Positions 1 to 13,570 of a DNA stretch of 64,000 nucleotides are shown in pieces. The notes under the pieces were generated by a model. It searched no databases and was not told the DNA's origin. It saw only the letters and a list, made by a program, of their open reading frames with translations. Location: the NCBI GenBank assembly GCA_951406725.2, contig OX597830.1, positions 69,812,001 to 69,876,000 on the forward strand, read 5' to 3'. Position 1 is the stretch's first letter. Each line of letters starts with the position of its first letter. This stretch comes from Octopus vulgaris (Eukaryota). Position numbers and translations under genes: made by a program.

Positions 1-669
1 ATTGAGAGTGGGGAGGAGAAGACAGAGGAAAAGAGAGAAAGGGGAGAAAAAGAAGAGATGAGGAAGAGAGAATGAAAGATTGGTATGGCACCTTGGCAGG
101 TGTGGAGCAACCAAAAGAGGAAGGAACTGAAATGGTGTGATGTGGAGACTTAAGGATGGGGAAGATCATGATTCTCAGTGAGAATCAGTGACTCTGGGCC
201 AAGGGGTGAAGAAAGAGAGGAAAGGTAGAATTGGAGACAAAGTGGATAGAGTGTCTTATACAGGAAATAGCTAAATGGCTGTCATAGTGGACAACCTACG
301 ATTGATTGGGTTGTGAATTCAGATTTTGCTACAAATTTTTCTGTGTGTACTGAGCAAAGTCATGTTACACCAACACATCCCAAAGTTCTGTTACCGGTGA
401 TTGACTGGATTCCTACCTTAGAGGAAGTTTATCTGACTGAGTGCTACAAAGTGGAGTCACTTGCCAACACATACCATTCTATTCATAGAGTAAGTTTATA
501 CCTGATGAAGTACTTCTGAGTGAAGTCATTCACTAACATACCTTCCTGTCTGTAGAATAAATTCATCTGATGACATCCCTTTCCAATACATATGTGCCCT
601 TAGCCTACAGATCTGAAGTTGTCTCTCTCTCTATCTTATCTCCTGCTACTGCCTGATCATTGCATGATT

Positions 670-1030
670 GATCTTGTACCACCGTGATCTCATTCTTGCT
701 CACAACATCATAAGCGGAAAGTGTAACCTCTCGAAAGAGCTGTTCTTCACTCCTGCTCCAGAGCGTCGGCTGCGGGGTCACTCCGAAAAGCTCTATCTGC
801 GACGATTTCATCTCAATCGAAGGAGAGGGGCTTTCTCCATCCCGGTTGCGGGTCCGTGGAATAAGCTGCTGGACGAGATAGTGAAGATGCTGATGACCAC
901 TCGGTTCAAAGTCTCTCTTGACCAGAAATGGCCTGAACTCTTTGCATGAACACCCTCCTTGTACATAACTCCATGTCCCCCTACATGGCCTTGCTTTTTG
1001 CTTTTTGAGCCAAAAAATTAACTTAACTAT
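670..1030 (+). mobile_element. 3' end of a CR1/L2-group LINE (post-RT C-terminus and 3' UTR)
   Basis: ORF 668-949 reads DLILAHNII...RLRGHSEKLYLRRFHLNRRRGAFS..V..PWNKL, the typical CR1/L2 C-terminal pattern; short tandem taact tail. Confidence 0.8.
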
Positions 1031-1579
1031 CACCCTTTGTCACTCACAGTCTGTCCACATCATTTTCCCAAATCCTTGCATCAAGGAACTATTGCATCAA
1101 GTCCTTCCTCCACTGAATATCCACTGTGCTCCCACCTTTTTTTTTTGTTCCCTGCGGCTGTCAACTTGTAAATGTTCAAGAGGAACATTAACTGTGTCAG
1201 TCTTACCAGCCTGGGAGAGCCTGCAACAGCCATGGATGTTGTTCATTCCTCCAGGCAGAACCCAAACAAAAAGGCAAAAAAAATACAGCAGGAGAAAACT
1301 ATGTAAGCAGGGCTGCCTGGGGTTACAGGTGCTTCACAGCCTGATAGACATAGTTATATGCTATATATCATATACCACAACAAGCCACTTCACAAGTGCT
1401 CTCACATCACATCCCTGGCATTCCGACTCCTTGCCCTTCCCCCCACGTAGCTGAAAAATAATAATTCTCAGTGTGCATTCCAAATTGTTCCTTTAGAAAT
1501 TATTTCAAATTTTGTTTCCCTTTTACTTTTAAATATTTTTCTTCCATTTTTTTTCTCCACATTACTACTACTACTACTA

Positions 1580-1616
<37 letters not shown>

Positions 1617-1781
1617 CATGATGATGATGATGATATTTTTTAATGGTTATATTTCATTGGTTCTGTTTGCATGGTGGAAATTATCTTTATTGCCAATTTA
1701 GCTTTAGAAATTGTGTAGAGCACAGTTTTAAAACCTGATTCTCTATGATCTTGGTAAACTTTTCTTTTTCATTATATATAT

Positions 1782-1830
<49 letters not shown>

Positions 1831-1841
1831 ATTTCATTACA

Positions 1842-1877
<36 letters not shown>

Positions 1878-1954
1878 CATTATTCATATATATGTATATA
1901 TACATACACTTATATACATATACATATTTACTTATATTGATGCTAATTTATTTA

Positions 1955-1986
<32 letters not shown>

Positions 1987-2741
1987 ATTTTATCTACACA
2001 TACATGTATATGCATATATATTTTACACACACATAGGTATATATATATATCTTATACATATATATGAGATGTATGTCATAATCTACATTTTATATATCTT
2101 TCTCTCCATGTCTATATTATATGTGTGTGTTAGTATATATGTATATTTATAGATATGTTTTTTTCCTCCTTTTATATGTTTAGGGAATATATATATATAC
2201 ATACATATATATATATATATATGTATAATGTCTTCATCATTATTTTACATGTTTTTTCATGTTGGCATGGGTTGGATAGTATATGTACCTTGTTTACTAT
2301 ATGTGTACATTTTTATTTATATATATATATCCTCATTGATGATGACATATATGTATATATATATGTATATATGTAATGTACACACATACACAGACATACA
2401 TAAGACGTGTACTTATATACTTATAAGCATATATAACCATATATATATTTATATGTATATGTACACATAAATGTATAATTATGTGTGTGTGTGTATGTAG
2501 CCCATTCCTCCTTCACTCTTCATCTCCTGGCATAAAGATACTTCTACTAATGTTTGCAGACTTGCAAGTGGCATGGCAATCTCAACAGTAATGGTGGCAC
2601 GAAAAAACAGAGCACCAAATACACTCTGTAAAGTGGTTGGTATTTGGAAAGTCATAGAAACTCTGCGAAGGCAGGCAGTGGGGCCCAGTGCTGTCCTTGG
2701 GACCATTAGGTCCTGTCCCATGCCAGCACGGAACATGGATA

Positions 2742-2959
2742 CTCTTACTCTTTTACTTGCTTCAGTCATTTGACTGCGGACATGCTTGAGCACCGCCTTT
2801 AGTCGAGCAAATCGACCCCCCGGGACTTATTCTTTGTAAGCCCAGTACTCATTCTATCGGTCTCTTTTACTGAACTGCTAAGTGACGGGGACGTAAACAC
2901 ACCAGCATCGGTTGTCAAGCAATGCTAGGGGCCAAACACAGACACACATACATACACAC

Positions 2960-3016
<57 letters not shown>

Positions 3017-3175
3017 TACGACAGGCTTCTTTCAGTTTCTGTCTACCAAATCCACTCACAAGGCATTGGTCAGCCCGGGGCTATAGCAGAAGACACTTGC
3101 CCAAGGTGCCACGCAGTGGAACTGAACCCGGAACCATGTGGTTGGTTAGCAAGCTACTTACCACACAGCCACTCT
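2742..3175 (-). mobile_element. tRNA-derived SINE with CORE-like domain and internal microsatellite (abundant family)
   Basis: Reverse complement of gagtggctgtgtggtaagtagcttg...ggcaccttgggcaagtgtcttc...ggtagacagaaactgaaagaagcc. Many other copies, e.g. 8030-8405, 8557-8920, 15960-16340, 36230-36645, 40130-40615, 46105-46285, 48540-48888, 49275-49690, 63925-64000. Confidence 0.85.
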
Positions 3176-4138
3176 AATATTAATAATAATGATAATGATG
3201 ATAAATATATGTGTGTGTGTGTGTGTGTGTGTGTCTTTGTAAAAGCACCCAGTCCATGCTATAAAGTGGTTGCGTTTTAGGAAAGACATCCAGCCATAGA
3301 AATTGTGCCAAAACAGTCATTGGAGCAAGATGCATTCCTTGGACACATTGGACTCCTTGAAACTATTCAACTCATGCCAGCATAGAACATGGGAGTTAAA
3401 TGATGATGATGTGTGTGTATGTATATATATCCTTCTGGTGGTGTAAAGCACCTGAGCTGCGTCACGTAAGAGCACCTGTGCGGTGCCATGTGAAAGCACC
3501 CGTGTGACACCATGTAAAAGCACCCAGCACACTGTAAAGTGGTTGTCGTTAGGAAGGGAATTTAGCTCTAGAAACCAGGCCAAATCAGACTTGGGTTCTG
3601 GTGGAGCTCCCCAGCTTAACAGCTCTGGTCAAACCACCCATGGATAAAGGACATTAAATGATAATGATGATACACGCATGCATGCATATATATAAAATCC
3701 TTACTTAACATCCACTTTTTCATGCTTGCATGGATCAGGTGGAATTTGTTGAGACAGATTTTCTATAGCTGGATGCCCTTCCTATTGCCAACCCTCACTT
3801 ATTTCCAAGCAAGGTTGTATTTCCTCATGCTCAGACATTTTTCACGAAAGACTGGAAAATATCATATGTTTATATATTTTTCAAATATATATATATATAT
3901 AATGTAGGATAAAACTAATTTCGAAAAAATTCTTTTCCAAAAAAAATTTTATCAATGGCCAGCATATTAAAAAATACCTTTAAAGGTTAAATTTATAAAC
4001 AATTCATAGATAAGGCCAAACGAAAAAATTTCTAATGCCAAATATGCCGAAAAATTGGACATATTGTCCATTAACCATATAATTTTTTCACAATACGCAC
4101 GCTACTCGAAAAAAGTTGCCCTTTGCCCTTATCTATGA

Positions 4139-4176
<38 letters not shown>

Positions 4177-4549
4177 TACAGGCGTGACTGTGTGGTAAGA
4201 AGCTTGTTTCCCAACCTGCATGCTTTAGGTGGTTGAGCAGGATCTGACACATTGAAAGACTGTGTCTTGCTCCATTGTCTACTTTGGCATAGTTTCTATG
4301 GCCAGATGCTGTTCCTTATCCTGACCAGTTGGTAGCATCTGTTGGATGCTTTTTTCATATGGTCAGCAGTAGTGAAGTCAGTGTGCAGCTCTGTTAGATT
4401 ACAAATGCTGAGAGGGCAGCTTTGTGCTAAACGTTGAGGAGTTAATGCATGAAGGACGGGGCCAGAGCAGAACAGGTATCTTATAGTTGAAGAGCTTCAT
4501 GGGTACTCATATTTCAGAAGAAAGATTGTATATGACTATATGTATGCAT

Positions 4550-5590
4550 AATGTAGTGACTAGAGTAAGGATAGTCTGGGCAAAGTTCAGAGAGCTCCTA
4601 CCTCTGCTGGCAACTAAGGGCCTCTCACTCAGGGTGAAATGTAGACTGTATGATGCATGAGTGCGAACTGCCATGCTACACAGCAGTGAAACATGGGCCA
4701 TGAATGCTGAGGACATGCGTAGGCTTGAAAGAAATGAAGCTGGTATTATCTGCTGGATGTGTAATGTCAGTGTGCATACACTACAGAGTGTAAGTGCCCT
4801 GAGAGAAAAGTTGGGCATAAGAAACAAATGTCATGTGCAAGAGTGGCGTCTGCGCTGGTATGGTCATGCATTACGTATGAATAAAGACAGCAGTGTGAGG
4901 AAGTGCCACTCCCAAACTGTAGAAGGAACCTGTGGAAGAGGTAGATCCTGGAAGACTAGGGATGAGGTGGTGAAGCATGATCTTCAAACATTGGGCCTCA
5001 CAGAGGCAATGATGGGAGACCAGGACCTTTGGAGATATGCTGTTATTGAGAAGACCTGGCAACTGAAGTGAGATCGCAGTCACACATGTCTGGCCCTGTT
5101 AAGAATACCCTTTATGCATCAGGCAAAATGATATGCTTGAGAAGACCTGTTGAGTCAAGTAAAACCAATACTGTAGCTGTGGCTAGTGCTGGCTCCTGTG
5201 CTGGTGGCACATAAAAAGCATCATCCAAATGTGGTTGATGCCAGGTCTGCGTGACTGGCTTCTGTGACTGACATGTAAAAAGCACCAACTGACTGTGACT
5301 GATACCAGTACCTCCTGACTGGCTCTTGTGCCGGTGACATGTAAAATGAACCATCTGAACGTGATCAATGCCAGGCCTGCCTCACTGGCCCTCATGCTGG
5401 TGGCATGTAAAAAGCACCTAATACACTCTCGGAGTGGTTGGCGTTAGGAAGGGCATCCAGCTGTAGAAACGTTGCCAGATCAGATTGGAGCCTGATTCAG
5501 CTGCTGGCTCTCCAGACCTCAGTCAAACTGTCCAACCCATGCCAGCATGGAAAACGGACGTTAAACAGTGATGATGATGATGATGATGGT
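4550..5590 (+). mobile_element. 5'-truncated RTE-clade LINE: RT C-terminus, repetitive 3' UTR and (GAT)n tail
   Basis: ORF 4661-5071: AMLHSSETWAMNAEDMRRLERNE...RLRWYGHALRM...GRGR..KT.DEVV..DL..LGL. The tail ggcgttaggaagggcatccagctgtagaaac...ggacgttaaac(gat)n recurs as short copies at about 3500-3670, 7290-7445, 7480-7675 (minus) and 20930-21075. Confidence 0.88.
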
Positions 5591-6895
5591 ATATAAGTAC
5601 ATATGTATACACATATTTATACATATGTACATGTATGTATAGATGTGTATAAATACACACACACACATTCAAAATGCTGATGAATAGATATATACATACA
5701 TGTCGTCATGTGTGTTATATGAATGTTTTTTTTTTAGTTTACTGAAAGCTGTGTTTCTTTCAGTTTGTGTGTGTGTGTGTGTTTATATATATACACACAG
5801 TTATACATAGACACGCACACAATGAATTCAAGTTCTGGTAAGGTAGATTTAGTAACTGGAATAGGTGCTATTGTGTGTGTGTGTAAGTATGTATACACCA
5901 CCGTATAAATGTATATGTGTATACACACACATACATATATATATGTATGTATGTATACATATATACATTTCTGTTTGTATGTATATATATATACACACAT
6001 ACATATATACTCACATACACACACACATATATATATATATATGTACATACAAACCTACTGTATATATAATGGCACAATTTTCTCTCTTCACAGGTAGTCT
6101 ATGTATCTATGTATGTGTCTAGTTAATACTCTCTCTCGCTCTCTTTATATATATAAAATATATGTGATTATATATATGTGTGAGTAATATATATTTGCAC
6201 ATAAATAAATCACATACACCTATATATATATACACACACACACATACACACATATCTCCACATCTACAAGTATGGATCTACACACACATACACACCAACC
6301 TACATGGATGTGTGATGATGGCTGTGTACGTGTGTTATATCTTTTGATGTAGGAGTTGCATTTAATTGGAGCAGGTAACGTCTGATAGCTGTGCTACATC
6401 TTTGATGTGCGGTTTGTATTAGGCTGCGGCAGATATAACGGTGCTAACTGTATTGCAACTTTGATGTGTGCGCGGAATACTGCGCGAGTCGATGTACACG
6501 ATATGATGATAGTTGCTGTATCTTATTTGTGTAAGTTGTAATTAGCAGGAGCAGGTAGCAGGCGAGGAGAAGCACCAGTGTTCTTAATTTATGTACAACG
6601 TCTTTCTTCAAGTCACTGTCGTAGAGGACACCAGCTAGTTAATTGTAACGATGATGTTCCAGCTTTTTGATGTGGCTGTTTTTGTTTTTGTTTGTATCGT
6701 GGACTCTGCTTAATGCAATGCTTGGCTTCCACCACGAGTCGCAGGAAGAAGTCAGCTTTGAATGAACGACTGGGTTTTTTTTTTTTTTTTTTTTTTTTTG
6801 TTTTCAAATAGTTAAATTAAATATGTATATATGCAAGAATGCTCACATGTGTGTATGTATATGTGTGTCTGTGCGTGTGTATATGTGTGTCTGTC

Positions 6896-6926
<31 letters not shown>

Positions 6927-9853
6927 GTATGTGTGTAGTGTATAATTTTGGGGTCAATGTATAATGTTATATAAACCTGTCCAACCCATGTTGTTGGCAT
7001 AAAAACCTACCACAATCAATTGCCATTTCTCTTCGGAGAGTGATTTGAGCTGAGTAGTATTTTGGTATCTACCTGTCTTTCTGTTTGTCTGACTGTCTGT
7101 CAGCCTGTCTGTCTGTCAGCCTGTCTGTCTGTCTGTCAGTCAGTCTGATTTTATTTTGCCGCTGTCTTTCACATGTACAGGCTTGTGTTTTCAGGTGCCG
7201 GTGCCACTTAAAAAGCACCTGTGCCAATGTTACATTAACACACCTGTGCCAGTGCTGCGTAAACTCACCTTCGCTGGTGGCACATTACATAAAAGCACCC
7301 AGCACACCCTGGTAAGTGGTTGGCGTTAGGAAGAGCATCCAGCCATAGAAACTCTGCCAGAACAGACAGTTGGAGTCTGAACAGCTCCCTGCCAACCAGC
7401 TCCATGTCAAATTGTCCAACCCATGCCAGCATGGAAAGCGGATGATAATGATACTCCCCCCCTCTTTCTTTATCTTGCATTATCATCATCATCATCGTTT
7501 AACGTCCGCTTTCCATGCTAGCATGGGTTGGACGATTTTGACTGAGGGCTGGCGAACCAGATGTCTGCACCAGGCTCCAGTCTTGATTTGGCAGAGTTTC
7601 TACAGCTGGATGCCCTTCCTAACACCAACCACACCGAGAGTGTAGTGGGTCCCTTTTACGTGCCACCGGCACGGCATTATTTTTGATTTTTGCCTTTTAG
7701 ATGACATTCCATGCCAAATTGTTATCCTGGATCTCTGCTTATTAGACTCTTGTTTCTGCCTCCCTATCTGCCTATCAATCTACTCCCCTTTCCTTTCATC
7801 TCTCCATATATCCCTTCATATCCTTTTCCGCATCTGTGTTTGTCTGATTGTTGGAATATTTCCCCCCAAAATATATGTTCTCCAGTCATGGAGAAAAACA
7901 TGGATTGCTGGGATGTTTTACTTAAGCCACAGTAATCTTGGCTAATTTTGTAGGTCACTAGAAGAAGGATGATCTATATCTTTATAATTATCTTTTATTT
8001 GTGTCTGTCGTTTACAGACACAAGTAAACTATAAAAGATTGTGGCCATACTGGATCATTACCTTAAGAAATGTAGTTGAATAAATTGACCCCGGTATTTA
8101 TTTTCTTAAAGTCTGCTGCTTTTATTTAATGTATTAGTCTCTTTTGTTGAACCACTAAGTTATGGGGACATCAACAAACCAACACTGGTTGTCAAACAAT
8201 GGTGTGGAGGACACGGACACACACACACACGCACCTGTATATGATGGGTTTCCAAACAGTTTCCGTCTGCCAAATTTACTCACTAAATATTGGTTGTCCC
8301 AGGGTGATAGTAGAAGACACTTACTTAGCCAAGGTGCTGTGCAGTGGAACTGAACCCAAAACCACAAAGTTGCAAAGCAAACTTGTTAACAACACAGTCA
8401 TTCCTTGAAAGCCATTATAATTCACTGTCCTAGTGGAACCTTGGAAATAAGTGCAGAAAATCTGCAAAGATTGGGGGGGAATTTGCATGGATGTGACCCT
8501 TTGGATCTTAAAATGGCTGGATATAAATGGCTTAGACCAGAATAATAGATGATGCAGGTTTAGCTGTGTGGTAAGAAGCTTGCTTCCCAACCACATGGTT
8601 CAAAGTTCAGTCCCATTGCATGGAAACTTGGGCAAGTGTCTTCTATTATAGCTTTGGGCAAACCAAAGCCTTGTGAGTGGATTTGGTAGATGGAAACTGA
8701 AAGAAGCCTTTCGTGTATATATGTGTGTGTGTGTGTCTGTGTTTGTTTTACCAACACTGCTTGACCATCGGTGTTGGTGTGCTTGTGTTCCTGTAACTTA
8801 GCAGTACAGCAAAAGAGTCTGATAGAATAAGTGCTGAGCTTACGAAATAAGTACTGGTGTCAAGGCGATGCTCCAGCATGGCCACAGTCAAGTGACTGAA
8901 ACAAGTGAAAGAGTAAAAGTTGAGAATGATGTTGTTGAGCACCACATTATATCCTGATCATATAAGCCTGTGATTGAAAGCATTCCTTCCATGACCATTC
9001 CATCTTTTATTTAGATACATCTGCATCTAAGACTACATTATCTAATTTATCCCTCTCCGTAAGATGGACGGGTGTGGTTTATGGGAGATTTGGCTGCTAT
9101 TTCTAGTAGGTCACATAACCATGTTGAGGCTCCTCCACTGGCTTGTAAATGTTTGTTGTTGTTATTAAGGTGAGTGAAAGCTGCTAAGTGGGGAACGTAG
9201 CCTGTTTATTAATTCCTCTTTCTTTGTGTTCCTCTATGTTTATGCAAATTGCGTTTACATTGGAAAAATCTTTGGACAGTGTGTGTGTGTGTGTGTGTGC
9301 AGAGGAGATAGTGATAGAGAGAAGAAAAAAAATGTGTGTGTTAGTGTGAATGAATGAAGGGTGAGAGAGATAGCGAGAAGGGTAAAAAAAAGGTGTGTGT
9401 GTGTGAAGAGGAGAAAGAAGAAATAAAACAGGTGTGTGCATGCATGTTTATGTGTTTGTGTGCAAATGTGTGTGTACGCATATTTGTGTGTATGTATGTG
9501 TGTAAATGTGTGTGTGCATACATGTGTTTGTGTGTGCGTGTGTGCAAATTGTATAAGTGTGCAAATTGTATGTGTATGTGTGTAAATGTGCAAATGCATG
9601 TTTGTAAATGTGTGTGTGTGTATGCATGTGTGTAAATGTGTGTGTGTATGAATGAATGTGTGTAAATGTGTGTGTATGTATGAATGTGTGTAAATGTGTG
9701 TGTGTGTGTGTATGCATGTGTATTTGTGATGCATGCAAACGTGTCTGAGAGAGAGAAAGAGAGAGAGAGAGAGTGAGAGTTGTGGTAGTTACTCTTCTGG
9801 AATTTTCTTCATCTTGTTCTTGTTGCTAATGCCATTATGAGGTTTGTTAACAG

Positions 9854-10045
9854 GATCTTAACAGTAATCCTCATGTTAGTTCCATTGCTGCAGAAGCTGA
9901 CAACTTTGCTTCTATTTTATCAAATGATGTACAAGCTGTGGCAGTAATCATTCACACCCCGTCGCTTGGTTATGGTATTACACACCTCGTTGAAAAACCA
10001 GATTTAGTTTCAAAACGACCGGTCCTTTTGCAACCTGGTAGGTAA
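9854..10045 (+). CDS. Candidate alternative COPZ exon: 21-nt micro-exon (DLNSNPH, 9854-9874) or 63-codon alternative terminal exon
   Basis: Acceptor ...tgctaatgccattatgaggtttgttaacag; donor gttagt at 9875. The phase-0 frame stays open for 63 codons to TAA (10043-10045), which overlaps AATAAA. A second donor cctg|gtaggt lies at 10038. Confidence 0.45.
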   Translation, partial: DLNSNPHVSSIAAEADNFASILSNDVQAVAVIIHTPSLGYGITHLVEKPDLVSKRPVLLQPGR

Positions 10046-10889
10046 TAAAAATCTTTCTCGCAAGGGTAGAATCTCGGCAAGTCGAGATGCCGAAAGTGAT
10101 AAAGAAGATGCTTATAATGATACACAGAAAGGTATTTGCGGTTAATATGATTGCGAAGCTTAGTTTCCAGTGATTAATACAAATCTTCGGAATTGAAAAG
10201 AAAGAAGAAAAAAAAAAAGAAAAAGGAAAATAAAAAAAATAAAAGCGAGAAACAAATTCTCAGCGATGATTTTTGACTCTTCATGGTATATCTTTTGATA
10301 ACTGATATTACCTGAAAATGAACTTTGTCAGGCTGTTGATTATAGATGGAAATTGGTGATTCTTCACTTGCTGTTCTGGAATGCTGCTTCTTTAATATGA
10401 TTTGTGAATTCTAGAAGTGATGGTTCAATGAAGAAAATGTCTTCTGTGTATATGTTTCACTACTTTCCCCCTTCTCTGTCTCCTAATATCAACCTGGCAG
10501 GGAAATCAACTGCTCCTTTCAGTAATATATGAACCTATGTGTGCAGTGTGATGAAGATTGTATGGTGTATGTACAGTGTTTTGTAACATTTCCCTCTAAT
10601 CTCTTAGTATCCAGTATGTGCAAAAACCTGATGTGGTGCAAAATATTTTTTTCCCTGCAAATTTAATGCACAATAAATATAATTATTACTGTAAATTATT
10701 AATAAAAGGTGGTGAATTGGCAGCCTTTAGAGTATTGGATAGGAGGCTTTGTGGTATTATTCTGGCTTTCTATGGCCTGAGTTCAACTCTCACTAATGCT
10801 GACTTTGCCTTTCATCCAATTTGATGGGCTGGGGGTCAGTAAAATAAAATACCAGTCAAGTACTGAGGTCACTGATATTGATTCATACC

Positions 10890-11255
10890 CCTGCTAAAAA
10901 AGGACCACAGAATGAACTTAATCCTCCAAACACACACCGTCATGAAAAGCAAGAGACAGCCCAAATCTATGAAAAGTCTCCGAACACAAGCTTGAATACA
11001 CTCAACAACAACACAGAAGCCATCAGTAAAAAAATGTGGAAGACCCAACTGTGGGATATACGTCAATTTAATTGAAGGATCAGAGTTCTCCTTCAAACAG
11101 GGACAACGTTTCACAGTGAAAAGCAACTTCACATGTGCTTTGAAGAACTTGATATATGCACTAACCTGCTCTGGGTGTCAAGAACAATACATAGGCCAAA
11201 CAAAAAACAGTCTATGTAAAAGAATGGCTCTGCACAGATCCCAGATCAAAATACT
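10890..11255 (+). mobile_element. Penelope-like element fragment (GIY-YIG endonuclease) inserted in a SINE
   Basis: FTVKSNFTCALKNLIYALTCSGCQEQYIGQTKNSLCKRMALHRSQIK is a GIY-YIG motif; flanked by similar attgattca...cccc sequence. Confidence 0.85.
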
Positions 11256-11319
11256 GATGTCACTGCCATTGATTCACCCCTTCCATCCAAAATTGCTAGC
11301 CTCATCCCTTAACTGATTT

Positions 11320-11732
11320 CAGATTTTGGCACAAGGCTAGCAGTTTCAGAAGAGGGCGTAACTTGATTACATTGACCCCAGTGCTCAACTAGTACTTATT
11401 TTTTTTTGACCCCCAAAAGGATGAATGGCAAAGTTGACCGTAGCAGAATTTGAACATAGAATGTAAAGACAGATGAAATACTGCTAAGCATTTTGTCTGG
11501 CATGCTAACATTTATTGCCCACAAGGGGCTAAACATAGAGGGGACAAACGATTAAGCGATTAAGTCGATTACATTGACCCCAGTGCATAACTGGTACTTA
11601 ATTTATCGTCCCCAAAAGGATGAAAGGCAAAGTCGACCTCGGCAGAATTTGAACTCAGAATGTAACGGCAGACGAAATACTGTTAAACATTTCGCCTGGC
11701 ATGCTAACATTTCTGCCAGCACACCACCTTAC
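11320..11732 (-). mobile_element. Tandem pair of Meta-domain-like tRNA SINEs
   Basis: Reverse complement of ggcggcgagctggcagaa...gagttcaaattccgccgaggtcgactttgcctttcatcctttcggggtcgataaattaagtaccag. Further copies at 16920-17160, 27880-28105, 49770-49990, 51260-51460, 56370-56555, 59003-59236 and 59508-59738. Confidence 0.8.
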
Positions 11733-13239
11733 CTTGTTCCTTAATTGTAAGTAATTACTGAATGTGTAAGTAAATTTTTTATTAGTACATTATCTCAGAG
11801 AACTAACTGTTGTATGCATATTAATTTCTTTTGTGTGCCATCTGTAAACATCATGCATGTCCATATGCATATAGGATTAGAGGAAAAAGTGAGGATGTGT
11901 TTATTGTTTTCTTTTATTTCTTTGTTTCAAATGTGAAACTGGTAATGCTACCATTCCACTAAAGTTAATCATGAACTAGCAATGCACCAGACTGCAGCAT
12001 TGCCAGGCCAGAAGTGCAACCCTGATGGCCATCATTTTTATCATTATGACTATCTTCATTATTATTGCATTCGGTTTTCCATGCTGTTAAGAACTGGATG
12101 AATTCATTGTTACAAGATGTAAAAGTTGTATTTTAGTAACATCCGTATCTATATATATATATATATGACATACTGTTCTTTTTTTAGTCAGTTAGGAAAG
12201 CATTACTCATGACTTTTTACAGGACCTCTAAGGAGGATGCTATCCTTAAACTGGCAACCTAACATGGACTGAATATTTGCAACAAAGTGGATTCCTCTAA
12301 AGTTGAGGATCAAGTCTACCATGCAAGTAAACGATTGCTGGATTTGAACTCAGAATGCCAAAGAGCTGGAATGAATAATGGAAGGCATCTGCTCTCTCAT
12401 TCTTACAATTCTGCCGGTCCAACGCAGGATTTGAGTGTAGACTATAAAGAGGTGAAACAAATACTGCAATTCTTACAATTCTACCAGTTCAACAAATGGT
12501 ATTTTTCTATTAACTCCGAGAAGACGAAAAACAAAGTTGACCTGGCAGAATTCAAGCCCAGAATGCAAAGAACTAAAACAAACACTGCAAGGCATCTACC
12601 CTGGCAGTCTTACTATTCTACCAATCCAGCCTCTTAGATTGATACATTTCTATCACCCCTGAGAAAATTTAAGATAAAGATGGTCATGGTGGTATTTGAA
12701 CTCAGACTGCGGAGAATCAGAACAAATACTATTATGCTTTCTATCCGACATCCTAACACACTCAGGCAATTTGCCACTTTTGGTGGAATGACCAACCCAT
12801 AGCTTTCATATCATTTAGCTGAACGTTTATTGACAGCTTTTGCTTTTACATTAGATTTGAACTTGTTTTTGTTTTTCACTTTGAAGTATAAATTTCTTAT
12901 CTGCTCTGAGAATCTGTCTAATGAATTACAACGCCAGTCGCATCATAAATCATGTCTGATTTGCAGTTAATTTAAAACTACCCAACTATTTTCAGCTGAA
13001 ATAGCTCATATCTGGAAAGTGTAGGCTTCACAGTGTGGTTAAGAAGTTCACTTTGCAACTGTGGTTTTGGTTTCAGTTCCACTGCTCAGTACCTTGGGCC
13101 CGTGTCTTCTATTATAACCTTTGTTTGACAAATGCCTCGTGAGTGAATTTAGTAGATGGGAATTGAAAGAAACTTGTGGTTTGTGTGTGTGTGTGTGTGA
13201 GAGAGAGAGATAGAGATAGTGTTAACCTTGTCATGGCAT

Positions 13240-13570
13240 TGGATAATAGATGTAGAGGGTTTGTTGGACACAGTGTGAGACGACTGTTGTTATCGTTAGG
13301 CCTAACTCATCGTAAAGTCAATACCATCATGACCGATATCCAAACTACAGTGGAGAAAGCTAGCCACTGGATTTGGTTAAAAAGAGACGATGAGCGATAG
13401 CTGATCTAGCAAGCAGGGCCTCATACCAGTGAGGGGGGCTGGTGCGCATTGATGCCATCAAGAAGTAGGCCCCGAAACGGCGCGCATTCTCTCCTGATGA
13501 CCCCGTACACTTGCTGGCTTCTGGTATGTGGAGTTTTTGACTGGTAGCAATTGCATGTGCAAGTTGTTTG
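13240..13570 (+). mobile_element. 3' end of a HERO-like (RLE-type) non-LTR retrotransposon
   Basis: CRGFVGHSVRRLLLSLGLTHRKVNTIMTDIQTTVEKASHWIWLKRDDE* fits the HERO C-terminal pattern (GCRGF...AE.AS.WLW.KR). Confidence 0.78.

Noticed and set aside
6308-6388. C/D box snoRNA (GTGATGA...CTGA)
   Set aside because: No terminal stem, and only about 8 nt of contiguous rRNA complementarity from recall. TGATGA is very common here. Needs snoscan or Rfam to revisit.
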